Notes under the pieces: model-generated | Seen by the model: only the letters and a program-made list of their open reading frames with translations | Told to the model about the DNA's origin: nothing | Databases searched by the model: none | Assembly (NCBI RefSeq): GCF_009914755.1 | Contig: NC_060926.1 | Length of the DNA: 64,000 bases | DNA from: the human T2T-CHM13v2.0 reference genome, Homo sapiens | Reading direction: 5' to 3' (one strand) | Shown here: positions 45,116 to 61,250 of the stretch, piece after piece | Numbering within the stretch: position 1 is the first letter of the stretch | Layout of the letters: each line of letters starts with the position of its first letter | Position numbers and translations under genes: made by a program

Positions 45116-45509
45116 ATTGTGGTCTATATGGCCTTCTTCTCTAGCCTCTACCCTGACTCACTCCAATCCTGACTCACTCAGGCTTTATTGCCAATATCAT
45201 TCCTGCTTTGGGGTCTTTTATTCTAGCTGTCCCTTCTACCTGGAAAGTCCTTCACTAAGATCATCACATGGCAGGTTCCAGGTCTTTGTTCAAGTACCAT
45301 CTCTTCAGAAAAGCCTTCTGTAATCTCCCTGTTTTAAATGGCTTCCTTCTACTTCCCATGACTCTCTATCCTCTTACCCTTGTCGGTACTCAAAATTACA
45401 TATTTTATAGTTTATTGCTTGGTGTCTATCACTCTAAATGGAGAATAAGGGCTCTTATTGTTCTTTGTTGTATCCTTAGAATCTAGAACAATACTGGCAT
45501 ATAGTTGAT

Positions 45510-46043
45510 GTGTGTATTAATTACATTAATGGTCCCAACTATTTATCCCTCTCTGTATACTTGCCCTTTTCTATGAGTGTTTGCAGTTCTTGTCACTGAA
45601 GAGGTAGAATATAGCTCCCCTACATTAAATCTGGTCTGGTTGTAGCACTTGCTTTGGCCAGTGGGAGGTATTAGATGTGACACAAGCATAGACTTGAGAA
45701 GGTGCTTGCATGTGTCTGTGTGCCTTTTGCACTTTTCAAATCCAAAATTATCCTGCTCTGATAGGATAACCATGACAGCATACCTTAGCTAGCCTGTGGA
45801 AGCATGAATTGCATGTGGAGCAGAGCTGAGTGGCCCCAGTCATCCCTCCAGGGCCCAGATTATATCAGTTGGCAGCTGGTTGGCCCCAGGCATGTGAGTG
45901 AGCCCAGACAAGATTCAGACAAGCACAGCCCAAATTCACTAAATGCTCCAAACTAATGAACTAAATAATAGTTCATTGTATACTGCTGAGGTCATGTGGT
46001 TGTTTGTTACACAACATTATTGTGGCAATATATAACTGATACA
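45510..46043 (+). mobile_element. MLT1H-type LTR inside the L2 tail
   Basis: 'aatggtcccaact...cttgctttggccagtggga...gacttgagaaggtgcttgc...ttgtttgttacacaacattattgtggcaatatataactgataca'. Confidence 0.8.
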
Positions 46044-47054
46044 GCAGAGGCTCAATAAATAACTGTTGAATTTCTACAGTGGATATTGCAGACATTTTAC
46101 AGTGAATATGTAGACGCTCTTTTACAACCTGCTCCATGTTCCTGATTTAACCATCTGTCTAGCAGTCTGCCAAGTTGGTAAACTGGGAGAAGCTTTAACT
46201 TCTTCCACATTCTCATTTCTAACTCTTTACTCTCTTGCAAACATCTAATGGCCTACTAAATCTTCCAATTCCACCCTCAAATCTCTGGAATCTTGTTTCC
46301 CCAGTCCTATGTTTTGAATAATATTTTGCCTCCATATCATAATAACTTCCTATTTGGAATCATTACCAATTGTTTCTTCCCCACTCTTCAACATTCTCCC
46401 ACTCCTCTTAATTTTATTAGCCTCAAAAACAAATATGAATTTAAAAATTGAGGGATCATTTTGAAAAGCTTCTTTCCAAAATTTCCTTTAAAAACATCTA
46501 GAAAATAATTTAAAAAGAAAAAAAAGGAAATATAATCTGAGCAGGTTCATTAAGGGGAAAAAAAAATGACAAAGAAAACATACTCCAGACCACGGGTTCT
46601 TAACTGTCTGATGTTAAAATTAATTTATCTTTCCCCATATAAAATGAGATATTAGAATTATTTTTAAAAACCATAGTGGATTTAACATTATCCCTATGGT
46701 CATGTCACTCATTCATTTGCTCTTCTGAGTATGAAATAAACGATGAATTCATAGTGTCAAATTCCAATAATGCTCAGACTATCTAGTTGAACTCCAGCCT
46801 GCAGTGAGTTTGTTACTGAGGCCCCATTAATAGTTGGGGTGGTAATGAATTACCATAGTGCTTATAAGTTGTGATTTTATGTTTCTTCCCTTTTTGTTTT
46901 AGTTTTATTCATGGATAAATTTTTAATGTAAGAGATGGAAAGTATAAATAAAAAGTATTTGATCCTCCAAGGAGTCATGCTTCCTCCTGCCCAGGGTTTT
47001 CATAAATGCAGTTAACTTGTTTACAATTCTTTCCTCCCAACCTGACCTCACTCC

Positions 47055-47570
47055 TCTTAATTAGGTAAGACTATATTTGGTTACAAATAACAGAACGTCT
47101 GTTTATCAAGCGCTCAAAGAACTAGCGGTTTCATTGCTTTTCTTAACAAGAAGCCCAGAGCTAGTCAGTTTAGAGCTGGTCTGTGGATCAGTGATGTACT
47201 CAAGGGAATTCCAGGTACTTTCTAACTTTCTGATCCACAACCCTTAGCTTAGGCTAAGGATTAGACAGGGCTTGTTCTCATAGATGAAACCTGGTGTTCT
47301 TCTCCAGGCCTCTCGCCTGTGTTTCAGACAGCAAGAAAGGGGAAAGCTAAGAGTGAAAAAGCATTTCTCCTTGTGGCTGTTGCCTTTTTATTCAGGAAGA
47401 GACGCTCAACCTAGGGACTTCTCCTGTACCCCCATTGCCCCAAAATTTCTCTCATGGCCTGTGCTCCCTGCAAGGAAGGCTGGGATGTGGACAGCATCAC
47501 TAGTAGGGGACTGCAAAGGGGAGGCAACTGTAAATGGCTTGTATGTGGTCAATCTATAGTATCTGCCACA
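47055..47570 (-). mobile_element. MLT1K-like LTR
   Basis: 'ttggttacaaataacagaa...ttaacaagaagcccagag...ctgcaaggaaggctggga...atctgccaca'. Confidence 0.6.
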
Positions 47571-47659
47571 ATACCCACCCCTGACACTCTCACCCTGAAC
47601 TCCCGCTCTTCCTTTAGATCTCAGCCCTGAGCCATACTGACAGTGTGAATTTTCATATA

Positions 47660-48050
47660 CAGCCATGCGCCACAAAACAATGTTTCAGTCAATAACAGAC
47701 TAAGTATATGATGGTGCTTCCATGAGTTTATAATGGAGCTGAAAGATTGTTATTGCCTAGTGATGTCGTAGCACAACACATTACCTTTTCTATGGGTTGG
47801 TATGTTTGGATAGACAAAAACTTACCATTGTGTTCCAAATTGCCTACAGTATTTAGTACAATTACATGCTGTACAGGTTTGTAGTCAAGGAGTAACAGGG
47901 TATTCTATATATAGCCCAAGTGTATCGTAGGCTATACCATCTAGATTTGTGTAAGTTCTTACACATTGTTCATGATGTTTGCACAATGACAAAATCACCC
48001 AATGACGCATTTCTCAGAATGTATCCCCATTGTTAAGCGATGTATTTCTG
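47660..48050. mobile_element. Tigger3-derived MITE (Tigger3a/MER7-like)
   Basis: 'cagccatgcgccacaaaacaatgtttcagtcaa...gacgcatttctcagaatgtatccccattgttaagcgatgtatttctg' flanked by TA at 47658-47659 and 48051-48052. Confidence 0.85.
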
Positions 48051-49199
48051 TACTCTCATAGCATTAATGTTCTTTACTAGCTCTTAAGACAGTTTAAAAT
48101 TATACAATGATGTGAATAATCATTGGATTAATGTCTTATTAATACTTATTTCTCCCAATTGACTGTAAGCTCCTGAAGGGCAGAAATCATGTTTGATTCT
48201 TGCCATTGTATCCCTGAATCTCAGGTATATATGATGTAGGAGCTCTATAAATATTTAGATCTACATTTACAAGCATGAGTGTGTTCAATGTCAGTAGAAG
48301 ATAACAATAAAGCAAAGTCATGATAAAAAGAAAATGTGCCAAACTTGACTTGTATTAAAAATAACGTTAGAAGCCAATAACTTACATGCAATAAGAATAC
48401 ATTAGAGGCACAAAGTAAGATTTATTTCTATTTCTTCTTCAATAGTATCTACTTGCTTTTCTTACTGTATAGTTTATGGGAAGGGAGGGCCTCGAAAAAA
48501 TGAAACTTAGTGTTTTAAAAGAAAAGTTTAATTTTTAAAAATTGCAGCGTTTATCTATGTTTTTTCTCTAAAAAGGTTAATTATTGAGATCCTTAAATCA
48601 ACAGCTATATTAATCACAGTCTTGTCAAATGTCTTACAAAATGCACAGCCAAGTGAAAAAGTCTGCATTGCTATACTGTGCTTATCTGTTACGTTTCCCT
48701 GGGTTTTGTCAACATCTGTGCCCATGAGGATGTGTCTCCTGGGGAAACCGTGTACTACGGCAGGAAAAAGATGGAGTACCGAAGTTCTGCTCACTGAGAA
48801 CCGCTGCAGTAGTCCCTCCCCTGCTCTGTCCGAAGCTGGCTTTTGCCTTGATCACCCCAGGAAGGAGTACACGGCTGGGTTTCTTTCTCTGCGTTTATAT
48901 CATTTTCTGGTAGAGCCCTTAAGCTGAGGGAGTAAAATCCTCAAACTACTGTGAAGACTCCATTCCCATTAGTTTTCTGTGTCAATAACGTATTGTGTTA
49001 TTACTTTTATTCTTTTGCTTCACCTGAAAGGCTCAGCAAAAGTCCTGTGCTACTGCATGATGAGTAAACAGAGAAAAATAAGGGATTTATATTATTTAGG
49101 AAATTGGTTGGAAGAAAAGCTTCTCACTGAAGTTCGCTTATTTCAGCCAACAGAATTTTAGAAAACAGTTATTTCACTTATTCATGGCCCTAAACCTAA

Positions 49200-51780
<2,581 letters not shown>

Positions 51781-54700
51781 GAGTTGTGCAGGTAATATTC
51801 AATAGTAAGTTATTTTTCTTAAAAAAAAAAAAGGTGGCTTAAGTTCTTACCTAAATGAACAGCCTCAAGAATCCTTTCAGGATCCTTCCAGACTCATCTG
51901 CTTAATCAGAATGTTAGTAATTTGCATTTTTTTCTATTGCTGTACTCATCAACTGTTTTATATACAGCAGTTTTTGTTTTCATCTGTTTCATCTCCATTT
52001 TTCAGTCATTGACATTTATTGAAGCTGTGCTATTTTCAAAATGCTGAGGAAGTATTGGGAGGAAATGAAGCAAGGAATTTTTATCCAGGTGTACAGAGAA
52101 AAAAAGAAAGGAAAGATGCAGACAAAGAAAAAAGGATGAAAGCTTCCAGATGACATGTGGGTCCAGACAGACCCTGGCAGAAAGCCCAGCTCTTGGAAAA
52201 CTGGCCCTCGCCCCAGGATTTGTAAACAGCACAAATTCACTGATGAAGATGCAGGAGAGGTGAAGAATCTGCTTTGGCCATCTCAGCAGCACTGCCCTGC
52301 TGCCCTTAACCCCAACCCACTGGACTGGCTGAGAATATATTCCACAGTCCCTTCTTAACATCCTTCCAGGTTGTAAAGATATTACATATTTATCAAAACA
52401 ATTAGTGACTTATAAGAAGTCTGAAGAAGACAGAAGCAAATACGCAAACAAATGCAGAGTGCAGTAGCACCTCAGGGCAGAGATAATTCTGCCTGTGACA
52501 GGAAAAGATCTTTCAACAGCAGTTTGACAGCTCCTGGTGACAGATCCCCACCACAGTATCCTCCAGCAGACCCCTTGGTGGATACCTGGGACTATTTTTT
52601 GAAAGCCAAACTCTGGATACTTCTGTATTACCTAAACTCCGGCACCTCTTACATTCCACATTGGCACAGTTCCGAGGTCTAAGTTTGTTTTAATTCTCTA
52701 CAATCTTTCCTGTTCAAGGAGTAGGTAACTAGAATGAACACATTCCCATTTTAAGATACAAATGGGACCTTGGAGGTAGAAAGACGTCCATATTGTTTGT
52801 ACCGTAGTGTGATTTTAATTAGCTGCTCTTCTCTTGGTTCAACTCAACTTACTAAATTGGATTGGCTGTGAAGGGAATGGAGCAGTAATTTGGGTTCATG
52901 CATTTGTGAAGCAGGATTGGGGAGTGCCTCAATGCAGACTGTAGCTGGTTATAACATTATTGGAGGGAAACCAACAAAAACGAGGGAAATAGTATCTGCG
53001 CCTTCTTTGCATTCTGCCTAAAGTCTTAGGATCACAGTGTCCTAACTGGATCATTGAAAACCTATGATGGCTTTGATTTGGCAGGTAATCTAGCTGAATC
53101 TTTAACACATTAACTTCCAGACCCCTCATCATTCCAGCTGGGAAGAGAAAAGAACTTCAGGAACAAATTTTAAAAATGAAATTTGTTAAATCATGAAAAT
53201 TCCAATGAAGTTTTCTCTTTTATCTTCCTAGCTCATGTTTGAAGAGCCCAGCTAAGTTGTTGAGCTAACTCGTATTTCAAGCTCAGGGCTGCATTCATTT
53301 TGGTTCCCATCACGAATTCTAAAGGCATTTGAAATTTCCCCTTGGCTCCCTGGGACTATTTAGAAGAGTATCTCAGTTGTTTGTAGGGTTTTCTTTTGTT
53401 TAAACATTTTCAGAGTCAGACAAATTCTTTTATGAACACATATTAACTATTCAAGTGGATGTTTCTCCACAGTAAAATAAAATTAATAAATCATACAAAG
53501 TGGGTATTTAAGCTTATGCTCCTAATCTCCTCACGTGCCACTCAATGTGCACATGAGGTTTTTAAAAATTAGTGTCTCAATTATATTCTATGATAGAGAG
53601 AACAGAGGTGTTGCTAGCGTGACTGCTCAGCACTCTCCCCTCATGAGCTCAGGCAGCTGTGTGATTTGTGAAGGTGGCTGCTCATCAGTCCATCTGTGGC
53701 TTAGGGCACTGGGCTGAGCTGTAAAGGCAGAGTATCATTACAGATTATTTTTTATTATCTGAAATAATGGCAATAAAGTGGAAGGGAAGGTGAAGAAACC
53801 CAGCACTCCTAGAGCTATGAAAAAGCCATAAGGCTCTGGCCTCAAGGGGAAACCCAGTTAATTTAAAGAAGGAATCTCTAATCATCCAGTTGGAGGATTC
53901 AAGGGTACTAGGTGGTTTTCAGGCTCCAGGAAGAAGGTCCCTGCCACTGATGACCTCATGCCAAGAGGAAAGAAAGCTGCTCTGTAGACCTTCTTTATAA
54001 GAGTACAGGTTGGAACCATACTAAGAGCCTGGCTTTGTTAAACCCAACACATACTACAATATTTTTGATGATTTATGTGGGTAAATAGGATACATCCAGA
54101 GAAAATCTGGCACATATTTTTCATGACCTCAGAATCTCAAAAAGGCAACTTTAGGACCAGGTCTTGTGGTGATTCTTTTTTCTTTTTGGTCATTTTTTTC
54201 ATGTCAATAAAAAGGTAAAATGTAGAATGTAGTTAACGTTAATCAGGTAGATAAAGGATGCAAACTAGGGGTGGGGTGAGGCTGTGCATGATTCCGTCTA
54301 TGCAAATCAGTCAAGGATTTACACTGGAACTACAAAACTCGATTCCAGTGGAAAAAGCATGAGTGGACTCTGTAGGCACCAGGTAGGCAGAGCTCCACTG
54401 TGAGAGGGGCTCAGGTATCGAGATGCAGCTCTGGGCAAGACCCCTGTGAGGCATAGCCAGATTTGGGTCTCCAACTCAACCCCTGATTCCAGAACCTCAG
54501 CTGCCTCTTACAGAGAAGATGATTCTGCCACTTTTGTTTGTATGACTTTGTAACTCTAAGAAGGCATTTTTAAAAAGTAAGTAGGCAATAAAGAAATGGT
54601 ACTTCTATGTAAGTAGTGCATGTGTAGTAGTGAGTTTTGTGATCAATATACATTGCTTTGTATGTGATTTGCTTTTAAGATGTTGGAAATGAGAATCTGA

Positions 54701-55829
54701 TATATTAGAGAATTTGACTTACAAGATTTGCAATTTTAAGTGTAACACCTAGGAGGATTTAATGAATTAATTTTGTAGTCAATGTTTGGATGCTCAGGAG
54801 AACCTGAATTTATCAGTTTAATTCTCAGCAGGTTGAAATGCTTTAAGAGAATTTGTATGCTAAATTTAGAAGTTTTGATTTATTAGTCTTACAAGAACTA
54901 AGTAAGTCCTGAGAAAGATTTTGTTTCTTCTATTTGTAAGTCTTCCTGTTAGGGATTTGAAGATTTTAACAAAGCCAGATGTATCAAATTTGTGAGTATA
55001 GTTTGAAATGCTTAGAGGAATTTAATTAATCAAGTTTATAAATACTGTTTACATTTTGAAAGATTATTTGATTTGTTAAGCTTATAAAAATTGTGACTAA
55101 TAAAAATATGTAAGATTGATTTGATTAAGTTTGAAAATGGTATTCAAATACTTAGTTGGAAGTATTCTATCTCATGTTTAAAGATTTATTGAGCTTTAGT
55201 CAAAGAACAAAGGCAAATGAATGTTTCATACTTTAATGCACACAAACTAGATATATAAGAAAACTTCCATGATTTATAAAATGTGTTCAAAGGCTAAAAA
55301 ACACTGTAACTTCAACAAATTGAATATCAATTAAAACTCACGCAGCTATAAGAGCTTTTTGCAATGAACACATTCTCATTCAGATATTAAACAATGATGC
55401 TCACTCCATATAAGGGTGGTGACTTTGTGACATAAAGGATTGGAAATGAATGCTTAGGGGATGGTGTAAAAGAAAACATTTGGGTTTTCTGGACCATGAT
55501 ATACAATATCCAAATGATGGACTACTGGTAGACTGTGTGTACATTTCCAAAGATGGAAAGAATGTTGAAAAGCATTTAGCAAGAGATTTGCTGACCCAGT
55601 CAGGACAGTTTTAAACTACCATCTTTAGGGGGAAGAACATAAATGTTTTACCCTGTAGCTATTGTACTTGATGTAGAAGGAATCCAGGAGGAGGCTGAGA
55701 CAAGAATGGACACGTATAATGGATATGATTGTGTGTCAGAGTTTACTAGAGGGCATAATATTAATTACTATTAATTGGTATTTTAGTGGTATTTAGTGGA
55801 TGTCAGACTTTTCAAATCTTTCCCTCTCT

Positions 55830-55990
55830 TCTTACCTTCTACAAGGTAAGTTTCATTATAACCATTTTATCAGTTGAGGAAACTGGGGGCCCAGATAGGT
55901 TAAATACCTTGCATATGTACACATAGCTACTAAGTGGTAGAACCAGCACTGGAACCCATCGCCTGGGCTCTTTCCTAACCATTCTACTGC
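55830..55990 (-). mobile_element. MIR SINE fragment
   Basis: 'ccattttatcagttgaggaaactgggggcccagataggttaaataccttgc...cacatagctactaagtggtagaaccag'. Confidence 0.75.
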
Positions 55991-56999
55991 CAAAGGCTAG
56001 GAGTAAGTTTATTAAAGGTGCGCTCATACAAAAGACATGAAAGGCACTCAACAGGGAATCCCAAATATTAAACATAGTGATAAAGCTGAATTGGAAAGTA
56101 GATTAAGAACTATACAAGAGAAGGGCAGGGGATTAGGCCCAGGGCTGCTTAGACAAATTAATTTCCTTGAGCAGTTCATATGTAGCATTAAAACTCATGC
56201 TGATTCGTATGTCTCCAGGTCATCATAAAGCACCTCTTCATCTTTGGTGCTCCTCATCCAGAGAGCTTCATATTTCCCCTTCCACTGAGGTGGAATTGAA
56301 GTCTCTCAAGGTGGCAAGAGAGAAGTTTGGTGCAATGTAAGCCAGTTCCCCAGTCAGTCTCACATACGTGGGACTTCACATGCACCACTTCATGCTGGAA
56401 TTTTCCTGTGTCTATCGTATTTTTATATGGTGTGAACAATGCAGGAGTTGGAGGGCTGGGTGGAGAGTAGGTTTCTCCTGGTTTCACCTCAGCAAGGACA
56501 AGTAAAGGAGAGAGTGCACCTGCTGCTAGTGGGGGGTGTTAGAGAAAAATCCAGGGGGTTGACAGCAGTTAGGCCAGAGAAGGGTCCATAAGATGGAGGA
56601 GGTGCTTATCATTTTCATCTCTCTGAGTTTCTGGTATGCTTGGGTAGACGGGAGGTAAGATGGTAATGATAAGCACCTCCTCCAATCGGAAGTCTTTTCC
56701 TGGGGCACAATACCTGTTGAGGGTGGCAAGGTGTGGGTCAGGTATCCTGTGGGGCTCAGTCAACTGGAGTGTGGAAGAAGTAAGTGTGAGTTAGAAACCA
56801 TGGTTATTCTAGAACGGGGGTTCTGAATCAAAAGCATTCTATTTTGTAACAAACCTTTATGGTAGGGAGAAATTTGGCCCAGTTTTTCTTTTGCATCAAG
56901 GCACAGCATCGTAAGTGTGCTATACGGTCTGCTTGAGGCATCGGGTCTGGTTTTTAGATTTTGGCTGATGTGTGCAGAAGAGAAGCATGGTCAGTTTGC

Positions 57000-57250
57000 T
57001 CATGACGCACACATTTTAATGAGTACCTACTCTGTGCCAGGCACTTGGATAGGTTCTGGGAACAGGAAACAAAATAAGGGATCCCTGTTTTCATGGAGCT
57101 TGCAATCTAGTAAGCAGGGAGGTGTGGGAGAGATAGACAAGGTACAGACAGTTGCAACACCACGGGATAAATGCTGTGGAAATATAAGGACCCCTCAGCT
57201 AGACTTGCAGGTCTAGGACAGCATCTTAGTATAAGCACTGAGCTAAGTCA
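57000..57250 (-). mobile_element. L2 3' fragment
   Basis: 'gagtacctactctgtgccaggcact...ccctgttttcatggagcttgcaatctagt'. Confidence 0.75.
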
Positions 57251-58164
57251 AAGAGGACAGCAAGGTCACTAGGGAGGATGCCAGTCCTAGGTGTCTAGGT
57301 GATGCTAGACAGAGTGATGGTAGTAAGGTAACTCTGTTCTGGTCATCTCCTTTTAAGAGGGCCATTAACAAATGGAAATAACCAGTAGAGACTAATGATG
57401 ATGATGTAAAGTTGGAGGAACCAGGGACAGTTAACCAGAGCTGGGGATGCTTCAAGATAAATAGAAGCTTAATACCTTATCCTTATACTTACTGGAAAGC
57501 CTGCTACGTGGAAGAGGCCTGAGACAAGTAGGAATAGTCCAAAACCAAAGAGGCAAATTTCATTTCAAGAAAAGGAAGAATTCTGTGATGATTTAATAAT
57601 TTATTGAATTTAACAAATGGGAAAAATAGAGTAGAATATTTAAGCAGAGTTTGGTACTCTTACAATGGCCCTGTTTGGAAAGTTGTGGGGTTGAACTTTT
57701 ATTTGGGTGGAAAATTGTCAAAAAGGCCTCTAGTATTTTCTCTTGTGTGATAGGACTCTTACATTGCTTTTCTGCCTCCAATGACAGTTTTCCTTAAATG
57801 AGGTATCATCCAAAAGCCACCAAGTGCAGGAGCATGTAGGCAGATGTCTAAGGCACATAAAAGCAAATTGCATGGGTCTTCAAGCTGTGAGGGGGTGGAG
57901 AGTGGGAGGACAATGCTAAAAGAAATTGTTTCTAATCGCTCTTCCAGGTTGAAACAGAATCCTCATTGGCATGATGAAGATTAAATGAGACAATGGACTG
58001 GAGGGAACATAAATAAAAGATATCATTATCAATTTTATTAACATAAAACTTCCTTTCTAGTTTCCAAATGATGGATATTAATAAATTATTATGAGTATTC
58101 CCAATCCAGTGTTCTTGAAGTTAATTAAAACACAAAACTCCACATTCATTTCCCTGTGCCTTGC

Positions 58165-58298
58165 TGCCTCTCTTCCTCTTTGTCGTTTCCTCCTCTTCTT
58201 TCTCTTCATTCTCTTTCATTCTGTCTCCTCCTTCTCTTTTCTCTCCCCTCCATCCTCTCTCCCCTACTGCCCTCCCTCTCCTTCTTCTTCTCCTTTTA
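58165..58298. repeat. Polypyrimidine/polypurine low-complexity tract
   Basis: Almost exclusively C/T on the plus strand. Confidence 0.7.
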
Positions 58299-60491
58299 CC
58301 AGGAAGTCTTTCCCATATTCCCAAGGGAGTTCTTTGCTCTAACTCTGCTCCCTCTGCATGGCATTGATTGCATTGGGTTATATGCTGTTCGTGACCTTGT
58401 TAATCTCCAAAGACTGAGACACAATGGCAAAGGCAATGTCTTACTGCCTCAGAATATGGCACACAGTAAGTGCTCAATAGTGGTTTGATGGACGGATGGA
58501 TGAGGAAAGAGATCATTCCCTTCACTGCCATCTAATTTTATTTCCTCTTACCATTCTCTGCTGATATTGTCTCTTTGATCCCTGGCTTGTCATTCTCTAG
58601 CCTCACTTCTCAAGTTTCTTGTCGGGCATTCCAACTAATCGTTATATTTTCATGTCAAATTCAACATAGAGTATTCTCATATTTTTCTGGGCAACTCCTC
58701 AATTCATTCCCTGATTCACCTGTGAATTCACTTCGGTTGAATCAGTCTGTCATTGACCTGAGGCACTTTGCAACATTTGACTTCCATGCTTCTGTCATAC
58801 AGCTTCTTCTACCTGAAAGGTCATTTCTTTTTTTTTTAATCAACTTCTCTAAAAATCTTATCTAATCTTCAAGGCCTAACTCAGTTGCCCTATCTTGAGG
58901 TCTTCCTTGATCATTCATCACTGCTGGGCAGGATGTCCCTCCTCTTGTCTCCTATGGAATATATCTGTACAACCCATATGAAACATTTTACTTAATACCT
59001 TATATTTTAGTTACCTCTAAATCAGTCTTATTTGCCTTCATATATAGCCCTTTGAGGGAATAAACAAGGCTGTGAGTTAGGAAACCTCACCTTACCTTGA
59101 TGGCATCAACACTTGATAGACTGAATATCTTTATCTAAGTTTGATGGTGTTTCTGTCTCATGATCCTCACTCTAATTCAGCAACAATAATAGTAACAGTG
59201 TCTTGTGCTTGTGCTATGTGCTTTTATTTTGAGAATTATTCTTTATTTGCCTCCAATTCAAACTATGATTTCTTCCAGTTTTTTAAAAAAGTAACACCCT
59301 TGACCATTCAGGACACTGCAGGCTCCCAGGAGTAGGGAGAGAGTGTGGCAAGTGTAACGGAGCAGCTCCAGAGAGGAGGTGGGCATTGGACCTCTTGAAG
59401 AAAGTCCCTGAAATCTAAATGACCCATCTGAGAATTAACAAACTCCATTTTGATCCACATCAATGCTGACATTGGAAAAGACAGGGCCAGTTGTGGCCAA
59501 TGAGCTTCTAGTGAATGGCCATTCACAGCATCACAGCAGTGCATGGTAATGGGTTTCCAGGGCCATCCGAATTAGTGCAAAGGATCCTGGAATTTAATTC
59601 CCCCTCCAGGTGGGGTGAGGAAAGACTGCTCTGAGATAAACAATGAGATTGCAGTTCAACCAACAAGGTAAAGTTCAAGGATAGAGTGCAGGTCTAATAG
59701 AGACCTGGAAAGCAGGATATTTAAATTGGTAGCTGAGTATGGCTGGGACAGAGTGTGTAGACACGAGTTCAGTGGACAAAGTTTTTGTGATTTATTCATG
59801 TTTTTGTTCTAGGTTCCTCTTTTACATTATCAGCTCTCTCAGAGAGCTCAATTCCTCTTTTGCCTTCAACCATTACTCTCTCTGGGCAACTATATTTTTT
59901 GGTCTCAGAGAGACCATTTTATTTGGAGTCTGAGTGAGCAACTGCTACCTTTCATTTTGCTGAAATTATGCTTGCCCCTACCAGGTAGAGAAACAGTGAT
60001 ACCAGGCCAGTGCTTGTCTGGACCTCGCTGTTGCTCCTGTTGCTATGTGCATGGTTTCAAATCAGGTTATCTGTTGCCCATTCCCCAGCTCCCTGCAGGG
60101 CTTGGAGATTGCCTCCCTTCCTCTACTCCCTTCTTAGGTTCTGCTCCACAGTACTTGCCAGAGCATCATAATAGAACCAGTAATTGTCACCAACTCCTGA
60201 AAATGGGGGTTAGGGGAACGGGGCTGTTGAGGGGGGAGTCATCACCTCTCTGTGTCCCCCATCTTCAAATTTCATGAAACATCATACATACCTTTTAGTT
60301 TTATAGTTGTAAAGAATTTTTAAATTCTAAGTCAGAGAAATTATAGAGTTTCAATAGCTAAAATCCCTGGTATTTGTTGGAGTTTAGATAGAGGTAAACC
60401 TGATCTTATTTAGCTACATTTGTCTCTGAAACATTTTTAAATTCTAGGTAACTGCTGCCTTCAAAAAATAAAACTCTTTCTAATGGAGATA

Positions 60492-60622
60492 TTTCTTCCC
60501 TCCCCTCCTCTCCTATCCCCTTCCCACCTCCCACTTTTCTTCCCTCTTCCCTCCTTCTCCTACCTTCCCTTCCTTTCCCCCCATCCCTTTTTTTCCTTCC
60601 CTGACCCCACCCCACCTTTCCT
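60492..60622. repeat. Polypyrimidine/polypurine low-complexity tract
   Basis: Almost exclusively C/T on the plus strand. Confidence 0.7.
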
Positions 60623-60669
60623 GTAGAAAGACTACAGGAAACATTTAAATTAGTACTGCAATCTGCAAC

Positions 60670-61250
60670 TGAAGTTTTTCTCCGCATGTATCTTGATTCT
60701 AATAGGAAATTTGACAAAGTTTACCAAGATAGTTTGACTCAACAATTCCTTTAAAAATCCTTTAAAATGAGAAGATATAGCTTTTTAAAAATTCATTTTA
60801 TTTGATGTAGTAATTCTACTTATTGGGATCTATCTTAAGAAAATAATCAAGAAGGCAAAACAAAATTATCAAATATAAATATTCCTTAGATTATTAATTA
60901 TAATAGCAAAAATCTAGAAATCACCTAAATACACAACAGTAGAGAAATGACTACGTAAATAATAATAGCATATTCACATAATAGAATAGTATGAAGCCAT
61001 TAAGATTATGTTTCTGAAAACTTTTGAATAACACAGGAAGGTGTTATTAAAGTCTTTCATTAATACCAATGGAAAAATGTAGGCTACAAAATTATATAGA
61101 ATCTAACTTCAATTATGTAGTATAATAGTCATAAAAGAGAAATTCAAAGGTTAGCAGGTGTTGCTTCTGGTCGGTTAGGTAAGGGGGATTGGATTTTTGT
61201 GCTCTTCATATTTCCCAAGTCTTCTGCAGTGAACAGGTTTAATTTTACAA
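60670..61250 (+). mobile_element. L1ME 3' end fragment
   Basis: 'gtaattctacttattgggatctatcttaaga...aatagcaaaaatctagaaatcacctaaat...aatagtatgaagccattaaga'. Confidence 0.7.
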
